From Candidatus Pacearchaeota archaeon (GTDB lineage Archaea; Nanobdellota; Nanobdellia; Pacearchaeales; GW2011-AR1): DNA of 64,000 nt. The DNA lies in NCBI GenBank assembly GCA_018304175.1, contig JAGVWT010000003.1:1-64000 (forward strand). The letters are read 5' to 3'. How positions within the stretch are numbered: position 1 is the stretch's first letter; each line of letters begins with the position of its first letter. Of the stretch, positions 1-7,297 are shown one piece after another. Under the pieces are notes generated by a model. It did not search any database. It worked only from the letters and a program-made list of their open reading frames with translations, and was not told the DNA's origin. The position numbers and the translations under genes were made by a program.

Positions 1-126
1 ATAATCTAAATGAGAAAGTTGTTTGTTTAAGACTCCATTATATTTTCTTATTGGGATATTACCTCAAATCTCCCTATAAGAAAATATTATGGAGTCTTAA
101 ACAAACAACTTTCTCATTTAGATTAT
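1..126. repeat. Long inverted repeat (fold-back), 56-bp arms, 14-nt loop
   Basis: 1-38 is the exact reverse complement of 89-126; pairing continues inward to 56/71 with two T-T mismatches (39/88, 52/75). Confidence 0.95.
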
Positions 127-297
127 GGAAGAAGTGAAACCAAAGAACCCCCACCAGTAGCCTTTATCTATGAAGCATATAAACACTTTAGATTATTGAT
201 TAATAAATTCTTAGATAAAGTGCCAAAAGAAATGCTCAACCCAAATTTTCAGGAACTAAAAGAGATAGTAAAACAAGATATAACCCATTATCCTTAA
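31..297 (+). CDS. 3' fragment of a hypothetical protein (no start codon visible)
   Basis: Frame-1 open stretch ...IRKYYGVLNKQLSHLDYGRSETKEPPPVAFIYEAYKHF...DITHYP* ending TAA 295-297; 5' part replaced by the inverted copy. Confidence 0.4.
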   Translation, partial: DSIIFSYWDITSNLPIRKYYGVLNKQLSHLDYGRSETKEPPPVAFIYEAYKHFRLLINKFLDKVPKEMLNPNFQELKEIVKQDITHYP

Positions 298-372
298 CTT
301 TCTGTGTAAAAAGTAAGCCTTTATTCAGACTTTATACACAAAGCCCATTAGAAGATTTTTTAACAATTGAGA

Positions 373-732
373 TTATTCAATTAAAATTCCATTAAGAATT
401 CCCTCTTGGCTTGGGCGGTTTGTGACCTTGACTTTTCCAAGGTCTGTTTCTACAATTGTTCCTTTTGTTATAACATTTTGTCTTGCAAGGAACCTGTCTG
501 CCGGAGTTTCAACGACTTTTTTTATTTCTAACTTTTTAACACCTTTTTTTGTCTTTATGTTTATGAATTTTGCTTTTAACAGGAAAAATTTTCTTTTCCC
601 ACTTCTTGTTCTTTTTGATTTTCTTTTTTCATCTCCGAGTTTAACAACCCTTTTTTGTCCAGGAGATTCGTAAAGCTTTTTCTTTCTCCTTTTGTTGTAT
701 TTTCCGCCAGATATTTTTTTTCCTTTTTTCAT
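373..732 (-). CDS. rps8e: 30S ribosomal protein S8e
   Basis: Motifs GGKY..RRKK and VVETPADRFLARQNVITKGTIVETDLGKVKVTNRPSQEG typical of eS8; start moved to MKKGKK (ATG 732). Confidence 0.92.
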   Translation of the reverse strand: MKKGKKISGGKYNKRRKKKLYESPGQKRVVKLGDEKRKSKRTRSGKRKFFLLKAKFINIKTKKGVKKLEIKKVVETPADRFLARQNVITKGTIVETDLGKVKVTNRPSQEGILNGILIE

Positions 733-852
733 TTTATATAAAAACCCTCTTTTTGATTTAAATAGGTTTCTATATCGTATTCTGTAAAAATCAAAAACAA
801 TGTTGAATTTTATTTTAGTAAACTTTATAAACAACTTATGCAAGTTTAAATC

Positions 853-1104
853 ATGGCTAACAACATAGAGAGACCGTTGGATTTGCTAAACAATTCGAAA
901 AACAAGGAAGTGTTGGTGCATCTTAAAGGTGGGAACCAGTTTGTCGGAATACTTGTAGCATTTGACATTCACATTAATCTTGTTTTGGATAACACGAAGG
1001 AAATGCAAAACAACGAAATCAAGCGAAACATTGGATTGACTTTTCTTAGGGGAGATACAATAATCTTTATATCCCCTGCGTCATTCTCTTCGAAAAAGGA
1101 ATAA
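853..1104 (+). CDS. Sm-like archaeal protein (SmAP/Lsm)
   Basis: RPLDLL, G.LVAFDIHINLVL (Sm1) and FLRGDTIIFISP (Sm2) motifs. Confidence 0.93.
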   Translation: MANNIERPLDLLNNSKNKEVLVHLKGGNQFVGILVAFDIHINLVLDNTKEMQNNEIKRNIGLTFLRGDTIIFISPASFSSKKE

Positions 1105-1771
1105 TTTTTATAAGGAAGTTAAAAGATTTAATTTAGTTGATATAGGTTGCGGTGAAGGTCATACGACAAAACAGATTTTAGATAGATTAGAGTTTGATTA
1201 TGTTTGTGATTTGGTAGAGCCAAATAAAAATGCCTTAAATTCTGCGAAGGTTTTCCTAAGTTTTGAAAATAATATTGGGGGTTATTTTGTTGATACTCTT
1301 TCGAGTTTTAAGCCCAAGAAAAAATATGATGTTATTTTTACTTCCCATACTAACTACTACTGGTCATCGAACGAAGAGGATTATAAAAGTCAGCTAAAGA
1401 AGTTAATATCTATACTTAATGAAAAAGGAAAGCTGTTAATTTTAACACTTCCTAGAAGAAGTGACCATTATAATATAATGTTAAGGCAAGTTTACCCTAA
1501 GTTTGTTTATTCAAAATACATTACCAATTTTTATAGAAATATAGGGTTTAATGTTAAAGTTAAGAAATTTAAAATGAGGATGTATGTTGGAGACATGTTA
1601 ACAAATAAGAAATATTTTGATTTGAATAATTTCTATAAGTTTATCCATAACACTAACGTAAATCCTTCTAGGACTGAACTAGATATTTTTAGATTAAAAT
1701 TAAAGAAATATCAAAAAAAGGGCTATCTAGATTTTAAGGATGAATTACTATTAATCTCTAAAAACAAATAA
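1064..1771 (+). CDS. Class I SAM-dependent methyltransferase; no canonical start upstream of motif I (possibly 5'-truncated)
   Basis: Frame open from 1064; motif I LVDIGCGEG (1133-1159) lies upstream of the ORF-track TTG at 1211; YDVIFTSH motif further on. Confidence 0.7.
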   Translation, partial: SLYPLRHSLRKRNNFYKEVKRFNLVDIGCGEGHTTKQILDRLEFDYVCDLVEPNKNALNSAKVFLSFENNIGGYFVDTLSSFKPKKKYDVIFTSHTNYYWSSNEEDYKSQLKKLISILNEKGKLLILTLPRRSDHYNIMLRQVYPKFVYSKYITNFYRNIGFNVKVKKFKMRMYVGDMLTNKKYFDLNNFYKFIHNTNVNPSRTELDIFRLKLKKYQKKGYLDFKDELLLISKNK

Positions 1772-1795
1772 AAACCTCTTTAGCTTATTTCTTTA

Positions 1796-2692
1796 ATGAT
1801 AAAAGTAACTTTTTTGGGAACTTCCTACGCAATTCCTACTCCGGAGAGAAACCATACAGGAATACTTCTTAGCTATGGTGCTGAAAATATTTTGATTGAT
1901 TGCGGTGAAGGAACTCAAAGACAATTCAGAATTGCAAAAATAAATCCCTGCAAACTCACGAGGATTTTAATTACTCACTGGCATGGCGACCATGTTTTGG
2001 GATTGCCAGGAGTTTTGCAGACGCTTTCCTTGACTGGTTATAGTAAAATTCTTCACATTTACGGACCACATGGAATAAAAAAACATCTAGAAAATATTAT
2101 AAGAACTTTCACATTTCAATTAAATTACAAGATAGTTGTTCAAGAAGTTTCCAACAAGGTTTTTGAAACAGATGATTTTGTTATTGAAGCAAAACCAATG
2201 ACCCACAGTATTATTTGCAATGCGTATTCTTTTATAAAAAAAGGAAAAATAAGGATAGACAAAAACAAATTGAAGAAAATTAAAGATATATCAATTGAAA
2301 ATTTAAAAAAACTGAAGCAAGGTAAAGACATAACACATAACAGAAAGAAATACAAAAACAAAGATTTTACTTTTAAGGAAGATGACAAAAAAGTTTCATT
2401 TGTTCTTGATACTTCAATAAATAACAAAATTGTGGGTTTTGTAAAAAATTCTGATTTGCTTGTTTGTGAGGCAACATTTCATTCAGAGATTACTTCAGAA
2501 GCCAGCAAAAAGAAACACTTAACTGCAAAACAGGCAGGAGAAATTACGAAAAAATCAAATTCAAAAAAACTTATTATAACCCACATCAGCGACAGGTATA
2601 AAACAAATTTACAAAGGCTTTTGGACGATGCGAAAAAAGTTTTCAAAAACACAACAATGGCTAAAGATTTTGATGTTGTTGAACTGAAGTGA
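1796..2692 (+). CDS. rnz: Ribonuclease Z
   Basis: FLGTS..IPT..RNHT, DCGEGTQ, THWHGDH, HS, CEATF, HLT, THIS motifs of tRNase Z. Confidence 0.95.
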   Translation: MIKVTFLGTSYAIPTPERNHTGILLSYGAENILIDCGEGTQRQFRIAKINPCKLTRILITHWHGDHVLGLPGVLQTLSLTGYSKILHIYGPHGIKKHLENIIRTFTFQLNYKIVVQEVSNKVFETDDFVIEAKPMTHSIICNAYSFIKKGKIRIDKNKLKKIKDISIENLKKLKQGKDITHNRKKYKNKDFTFKEDDKKVSFVLDTSINNKIVGFVKNSDLLVCEATFHSEITSEASKKKHLTAKQAGEITKKSNSKKLIITHISDRYKTNLQRLLDDAKKVFKNTTMAKDFDVVELK

Positions 2693-2707
2693 TTTAACAG
2701 GAAACAT

Positions 2708-2715
2708 TTTAAATA
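2708..2715 (+). promoter_or_regulatory. TATA box for the tRNA-Arg(TCT) locus
   Basis: TTTAAATA ending 24 nt before the partial tRNA copy at 2739; same spacing as TATA-to-G1 for tRNA-Cys (3483 to 3507) and tRNA-Asn (47895 to 47919). Confidence 0.65.
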
Positions 2716-2738
2716 CAATTTCTTCTTGTTTTTTGTAA

Positions 2739-2831
2739 GCCCTCGTAGCTCAGCGAGAACACGAAGTTTTCTCGCGCACTTTCCGGTTTGAATTCGTTTA
2801 AACCGATTAAGTCGCTACGTTGGTAATGAGT
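2739..2831 (+). repeat. Duplicated tRNA-Arg 5' end (16 bp) plus 77-nt hairpin-rich insert
   Basis: gccctcgtagctcagc at 2739-2754 is identical to 2832-2847; insert carries TTTAAACCGATT (2797-2808) and GCTACG (2814-2819). Confidence 0.9.
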
Positions 2832-2942
2832 GCCCTCGTAGCTCAGCCTGGATAGAGCGACTGCCTTCTAGCGATTACGCATACGCATCGCGAAACACGG
2901 AAAGAAAGCAGTAGGTCGCAGGTTCAAGTCCTGTCGAGGGCA
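2832..2942 (+). tRNA. tRNA-Arg(TCT) with 37/38 intron (about 2871-2906)
   Basis: Acceptor gccctcg/cgagggc, D-arm gctc/gagc, anticodon stem actgc/gcagt with CT-TCT-A, T-loop TTCAAGT. Confidence 0.92.
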
Positions 2943-2945
2943 TTT

Positions 2946-3045
2946 AGGATTTGAACTGCTAAATCAGTTTAAGAGAGCCAGGAAGGGGTTAGTGTAAGGG
3001 GAAACGTAGTTGCCCCTCATGGTTCAAGTCCTGTCGAGGGCATTT
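2946..3045 (-). repeat. 75-nt insert plus duplicated tRNA-Arg 3' end (25 bp)
   Basis: ggttcaagtcctgtcgagggcattt at 3021-3045 is identical to 2921-2945; 2984-3020 is the near reverse complement of 60089-60119. Confidence 0.9.
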
Positions 3046-3083
3046 TTAGTTAAATTTATAAAACCGTTTCTTTAGTGAATTTT

Positions 3084-3470
3084 ATGAATATTTATTTTAC
3101 TCATTCAAGAGCAGAAGGTTTTGACTTCAGAAATAGGCTGTATTTGCCAATTAGACAAAGCTATTTGAATAGCCAACATAATTTCGTTTTTCCTTTTGAA
3201 AAAGGCAATATGCTTTTTGATAGCAGATTTTTAATGTCTAGTGGAGGATTAGATTTAGTTTTGGCAGAAGTTTCATACGAGTCAACGAGAGAAGGTATTG
3301 AACTTGGCTGGGCAGACAATTTTGATATACCTATTTATTTATTATCACAAAAAGGGAAAACCCCATCTGAATCAATTAGAAGAGTGTCTGATTCTCTGTT
3401 TTTTTATTCTTCTGAGTCACAGTTGATTGAAGGTGTTGAAGAATCAATTAATTCTTGTTTGGGTTTGTAA
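3084..3470 (+). CDS. Nucleoside 2-deoxyribosyltransferase-like (DNPH1/Rcl fold) protein
   Basis: IYFTHS N-terminus and DLVLAEVSYEST.EGIELGWA resemble the NDT/Rcl signature. Confidence 0.6.
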   Translation: MNIYFTHSRAEGFDFRNRLYLPIRQSYLNSQHNFVFPFEKGNMLFDSRFLMSSGGLDLVLAEVSYESTREGIELGWADNFDIPIYLLSQKGKTPSESIRRVSDSLFFYSSESQLIEGVEESINSCLGL

Positions 3471-3506
3471 ATACTTTTAAATATGATTTCTATTTCTTAG
3501 TTTTAC

Positions 3507-3579
3507 GCGGAGGTGGCACAGTGGCTACTGCAACCGGTTGCAGCCCGGTTTTTCGTGGGTTCGAGTCCCACCCTCCGCT
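3507..3579 (+). tRNA. tRNA-Cys(GCA)
   Basis: gcggagg/cctccgc acceptor, accgg-TTGCAGC-ccggt anticodon arm, TTCGAGT T-loop, U73. Confidence 0.93.
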
Positions 3580-3593
3580 TTCAAATTGAAAAA

Positions 3594-4160
3594 ATGAAAA
3601 TGAAAAAAATATATTTGATACACGGTTGGGGAGGTTCATCTGAAGGAGGATGGTTTGACTGGCTAAAATCAGAATTAGAGAAAAAAGGTTTTAAAGTAAA
3701 AGCATTCGACATGCCCGATACAGAAAACCCAAAGATTGAAAATTGGGTTGGATTTTTGAAGGAAAATATTTCTCCAGAAGAGATTGATGAAGAAACTTAT
3801 TTTATTGGACACAGCATCGGATGTCAGACAATAATGAGATTTTTAGAAAAACTTCACAAACATAAAAGAATTGGTGGCTGTGTTTTTGTTGCAGGTTGGT
3901 TTAAATTGATGAACCTTGGATCTGAGGAATTAAAGATTGCACATCCTTGGGAAAATACCCTAATAGATTTTGAGAGAGTTCTAGATCATTGCGATAATTT
4001 TTTAGCTATATTTTCAGACAATGATCCTTATGTCCATTTAGATGAAGCTGAGAAATTTAAGGATTTTCTTGGCGCTAAAATAATTATCAAAAAGAAGCAA
4101 GGGCATTTTACTGATGAAGACAATGTGGGAAAAATTCCGGAAATCTTAAAATTCTTGTAG
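3594..4160 (+). CDS. YdeN/RBBP9-family alpha/beta hydrolase
   Basis: IYLIHGWGG, GHSIG nucleophile elbow, SDNDPYV, GHF; start corrected because the track start lies inside tRNA-Cys. Confidence 0.88.
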   Translation: MKMKKIYLIHGWGGSSEGGWFDWLKSELEKKGFKVKAFDMPDTENPKIENWVGFLKENISPEEIDEETYFIGHSIGCQTIMRFLEKLHKHKRIGGCVFVAGWFKLMNLGSEELKIAHPWENTLIDFERVLDHCDNFLAIFSDNDPYVHLDEAEKFKDFLGAKIIIKKKQGHFTDEDNVGKIPEILKFL

Positions 4161-4268
4161 TGCCTACGAAAAGATTTAAATATATCTTTGTAGTGGGTAA
4201 AATGGGGTTGGTTTATTTTATCTCAAAACACTGAATTTATCCACCCACCTTTCAAAAACTAAAATAAA

Positions 4269-5993
4269 ATGTCATTTATTGTAAAGAAGAAGATTGGTAA
4301 TAAGGAATATTTCTACTTAAACGAAAACAAAAGGGTTAATGGAAAGGTTAAGACAAAAACACTTGCCTATTTGGGAAAAACAAAAAAAGATGCAGAAAAA
4401 AAGGTAAAAGACATTCTCAATATATTAAAAAAGCAAGAAATAAAAAGTATGAAAAATGAAGGAAAGGAAATTCAAGCAGAAAAAATGGAAAATAAAATTG
4501 AAGTCGGGAAAAAAATTGATGAAATAAACAAAATTGCATCAACAAAAGGTTTTTTCTTTCAGACTGCTAATATTTACAGCGGAAAGGCAGGATTTTACAC
4601 TTACGGACATTTAGGAAAATTGTTAAAAAATAATTGGGAAGATTTGTGGAGAAAAAATATTCTTTCAATAGACGAGAATTTTTATGAAATTCAGAGTAAC
4701 AATATTCTTCCTGAAGAAGTTTTCAAAGCTTCTGGACATATAGAAAACTTTAATGACCCTATGTCTGAATGCAAGAAATGTCACTTTAGATTCAGAGCTG
4801 ACCAGTTTCTTGAAGATAATGGTGTGAAAAATCCAGAATTGTTATCAATTGAAGAAATGGATAATGAAATTAGAAACCTTAAACTAAAATGTCCTAAATG
4901 TGGTTCTGTAGACTTTTCAAAAGTTAAACAATTTAACATGATGTTCTCAGTTAATGTTGGCTTTAATAACGAAGTTTCTTATCTAAGCCCTGAGACAGCG
5001 CAAGGAGCATACATAACTTTTCTAGAAGAATTCAAGGCGACAAGAAATAAATTACCTCTTGGATTAGCAATTATTGACAAAGCTTACAGAAATGAGATAT
5101 CACCAAGGCAAATGTTCTTTAGGCTCAGGGAATTCAGCCAAGCAGAGCTACAGATTTTTTTCAACCCCGAGAAAATTAATGAGCATGAGAAATGGAATGA
5201 AGTGAAGAATAAAAAATTAAGGATCAAATTTTTTGGTAAGGAAGATATTGAAGAAATTTCCTGTTTGGAATTGAATGAAAAAAATAAAATTCCTAAATTT
5301 TATTTGTATCATACTTTTAAAGTCCAGGAATTTTATTTTAATGTTTTGAGAATACCAAAAGAAAAGTTCAGGTTCAGGGAATTGGGTGAAAAAGAAAGAG
5401 CTTTTTACAATAAAATTCATTTTGATGTTGAAATTAATTTAGATACTTTAAGTGGTTTCAAGGAAGTTGCAGGAGTCCATTACAGAACAAATCATGATTT
5501 ATCAGGGCACGGAAAAATCTCAGGTAAAAATCTGGAAGTTTTTGACGAGGAATCAAAGAAAAAGTTTTTACCGCATGTTTTAGAATTAAGTTTCGGAGTT
5601 GATAGGAATATATGGACTATGTTAGATATTTTCTATTCTGTTGGAAAAGAAGGAAGTATGTTTACATTCCCTCAAATACTTGCCCCAATAAAAGCAGCAA
5701 TTTTCCCTTTAGTCAAAAAACCAGAATTTGAAAAAATCGCTGGAGAAGTTTTTTCTGAACTAAAAAATGAATTTAATGTTGCCTATGATTCTGGCGGGAG
5801 TATAGGGAGGAGGTATGCAAGAAATGATGAGATAGGAACTCCTTACTGCATAACAATTGATGGCGATTCTATAAAAAATCAAGATGTGACTATAAGAGAC
5901 AGAAACACAACAAAACAAATCAGAGTTAAGATTTCAAAACTAAAAGAAACTATGGATAAATTGATAAATTCTGAAGATGAAATATTCAAATGA
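4269..5993 (+). CDS. glyS: Glycine--tRNA ligase (alpha2 type) with extra 72-aa basic N-terminal module
   Basis: LSPETAQG, YRNEISPRQ.FFRLREFSQAE, ELSFGVDR, GGSIGRRYARNDEIGTPYCITID. Confidence 0.95.
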   Translation: MSFIVKKKIGNKEYFYLNENKRVNGKVKTKTLAYLGKTKKDAEKKVKDILNILKKQEIKSMKNEGKEIQAEKMENKIEVGKKIDEINKIASTKGFFFQTANIYSGKAGFYTYGHLGKLLKNNWEDLWRKNILSIDENFYEIQSNNILPEEVFKASGHIENFNDPMSECKKCHFRFRADQFLEDNGVKNPELLSIEEMDNEIRNLKLKCPKCGSVDFSKVKQFNMMFSVNVGFNNEVSYLSPETAQGAYITFLEEFKATRNKLPLGLAIIDKAYRNEISPRQMFFRLREFSQAELQIFFNPEKINEHEKWNEVKNKKLRIKFFGKEDIEEISCLELNEKNKIPKFYLYHTFKVQEFYFNVLRIPKEKFRFRELGEKERAFYNKIHFDVEINLDTLSGFKEVAGVHYRTNHDLSGHGKISGKNLEVFDEESKKKFLPHVLELSFGVDRNIWTMLDIFYSVGKEGSMFTFPQILAPIKAAIFPLVKKPEFEKIAGEVFSELKNEFNVAYDSGGSIGRRYARNDEIGTPYCITIDGDSIKNQDVTIRDRNTTKQIRVKISKLKETMDKLINSEDEIFK

Positions 5994-6337
5994 TAGATTG
6001 TGTTTTTTGCAAAATTGCAACCGGCGAAATAAAAAGTAATAAAATCTATGAAAATGATAATTTTTTCTCCATTTTTGATAGAAGTCCTGTTGCTCCCGGG
6101 CATAGTTTGGTTATATCGAAAAAACACTTTAAGACAAGTTTAGATTTGCATGATAGTTTAGGGGATGAGTTTTTGGATTGCTTGAAAAATACAGCTTTAA
6201 AAGTTATTGATGCAAACAATGCAGAGGGGTTTAATGTTATAAGCAACAATTTTGCCGCTGCAGGACAAGTTGTGAATCACTTCCATTTTCACATTATACC
6301 AAGAAAAAAAGGTGATGGCTTGAATATGATTGCGTGA
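5990..6337 (+). CDS. HIT family hydrolase
   Basis: DCVFCKI and GQVVNHFHFHIIPR histidine triad. Confidence 0.93.
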   Translation: MIDCVFCKIATGEIKSNKIYENDNFFSIFDRSPVAPGHSLVISKKHFKTSLDLHDSLGDEFLDCLKNTALKVIDANNAEGFNVISNNFAAAGQVVNHFHFHIIPRKKGDGLNMIA

Positions 6338-6355
6338 ATTTTTCTGCTAGAGAAA

Positions 6356-6473
6356 TGTCTCTGGGGAGTGCTGACCTCCCGACCTCCGCCTCACCCAGTT
6401 GAACAAGTTCAACATGATTTATTGAACATACCCAGCTCATGAGAGCGGCGCTCTACCGCTGAGCTACAGAGAC
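6356..6473 (-). tRNA. tRNA with CAT anticodon (Met or Ile2), 37/38 intron, deviant T-loop
   Basis: gtctctg/cagagac acceptor, gctc/gagc D-arm, ccgct/ggcgg anticodon stem with CT-CAT-G, BHB-like intron, T-stem gggag/ctccc with loop GTCAGCA. Confidence 0.75.
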
Positions 6474-6512
6474 AAATTTATTAAATAAGATTCATTTAAA
6501 AGTCTTAGTAAA

Positions 6513-6731
6513 ATGGCTATTGAAGAAAACCTTAAGGAAGTTGCTGAAGTCCTTCCAATAGAGCTTGTTTCAAAGATAGAATTACTCATCGGTGCTGTTG
6601 GTGGCTTGGTTGTGATTTATCTGGTCTTTTTAATAATCAGATTTTTTATGCTTAGAAAACAAAATAAAATGATTAAGCAAATGCGAAATGATATCGTATT
6701 CATCAAAAGAAAATTAGCTGGAAGAAGATGA
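6513..6731 (+). CDS. Small single-pass membrane protein
   Basis: One hydrophobic segment followed by a basic tail; TATA-like element upstream. Confidence 0.7.
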   Translation: MAIEENLKEVAEVLPIELVSKIELLIGAVGGLVVIYLVFLIIRFFMLRKQNKMIKQMRNDIVFIKRKLAGRR

Positions 6732-7028
6732 TTCCTTTTTTACAAGTGTTATCTCTATTGTTGATACATTAATTTTTTTACCTTCTTTGTTTTCCATTTC
6801 TTCGCTGTCAATTTTAACATCTTTAACTTCTATGTTTCTATCTTTTAGGAATTTTTTTCTTACAACTTCTGAAACATCCACGGCGCGATTTATGAATTTC
6901 CCCCTGGCTTTAACAACTACTTCTTTTTTGTTTTTGGTTGTGAACTGCATTACAACACTTGTTACGTAATTCATAAATGGTTTTATGCCAATAAAAATTA
7001 CATTATCGTCTTTCTTTTCTTCTACCAT
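6714..7028 (-). CDS. albA: DNA/RNA-binding protein Alba
   Basis: IFIG.KPFMNYV, VVVKARGKFINRAVDV, INVSTIEI.L motifs. Confidence 0.93.
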   Translation of the reverse strand: MVEEKKDDNVIFIGIKPFMNYVTSVVMQFTTKNKKEVVVKARGKFINRAVDVSEVVRKKFLKDRNIEVKDVKIDSEEMENKEGKKINVSTIEITLVKKESSSSS

Positions 7029-7049
7029 TACTAAGTAATATTTTGATGT

Positions 7050-7256
7050 TTACTTTTTTAATGCTTCTGCTTTTACCATTTCCTGCTTTTTTATCTTACC
7101 CAAAAGTCCTGCTATCTGGTTCCTGAGTTTTTTGCTTGGCATTGTATCATTTCCAAGCATTCTTTTGTTATCTTCAAAATTCTCGGTAAATTCTATATCT
7201 TTTTTTAAAAGAGTATTTGCAGTTCTTCTGATGAGTTTTGATTTTATCTTTCCCAT
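7050..7256 (-). CDS. rps17e: 30S ribosomal protein S17e
   Basis: MGKIKSKLIRRTA...FTENFEDNK...SKKLRNQIAG. Confidence 0.92.
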   Translation of the reverse strand: MGKIKSKLIRRTANTLLKKDIEFTENFEDNKRMLGNDTMPSKKLRNQIAGLLGKIKKQEMVKAEALKK

Positions 7257-7297
7257 GATTATCATAAAAGTTGGGGGTTTTTAAGAGTTTTGATAGC

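Noticed and set aside
1081-1104. -1 frameshift (G AAA AAG) fusing Sm to the methyltransferase
   Set aside because: The methyltransferase is in the +1 frame relative to Sm, so a -1 shift would not reach it.
2739-3045. Prophage or integrative island at tRNA-Arg
   Set aside because: Duplications enclose only about 75 bp and no integrase is present; reported instead as mini-inserts.
3513-3593. N-terminal extension of the hydrolase ORF
   Set aside because: It is the tRNA-Cys gene read as codons; the real start is 3594 or 3600.
4202-4234. uORF MGLVYFISKH ahead of glyS as a Gly leader peptide
   Set aside because: Only one Gly codon; no enrichment comparable to the Leu leader.
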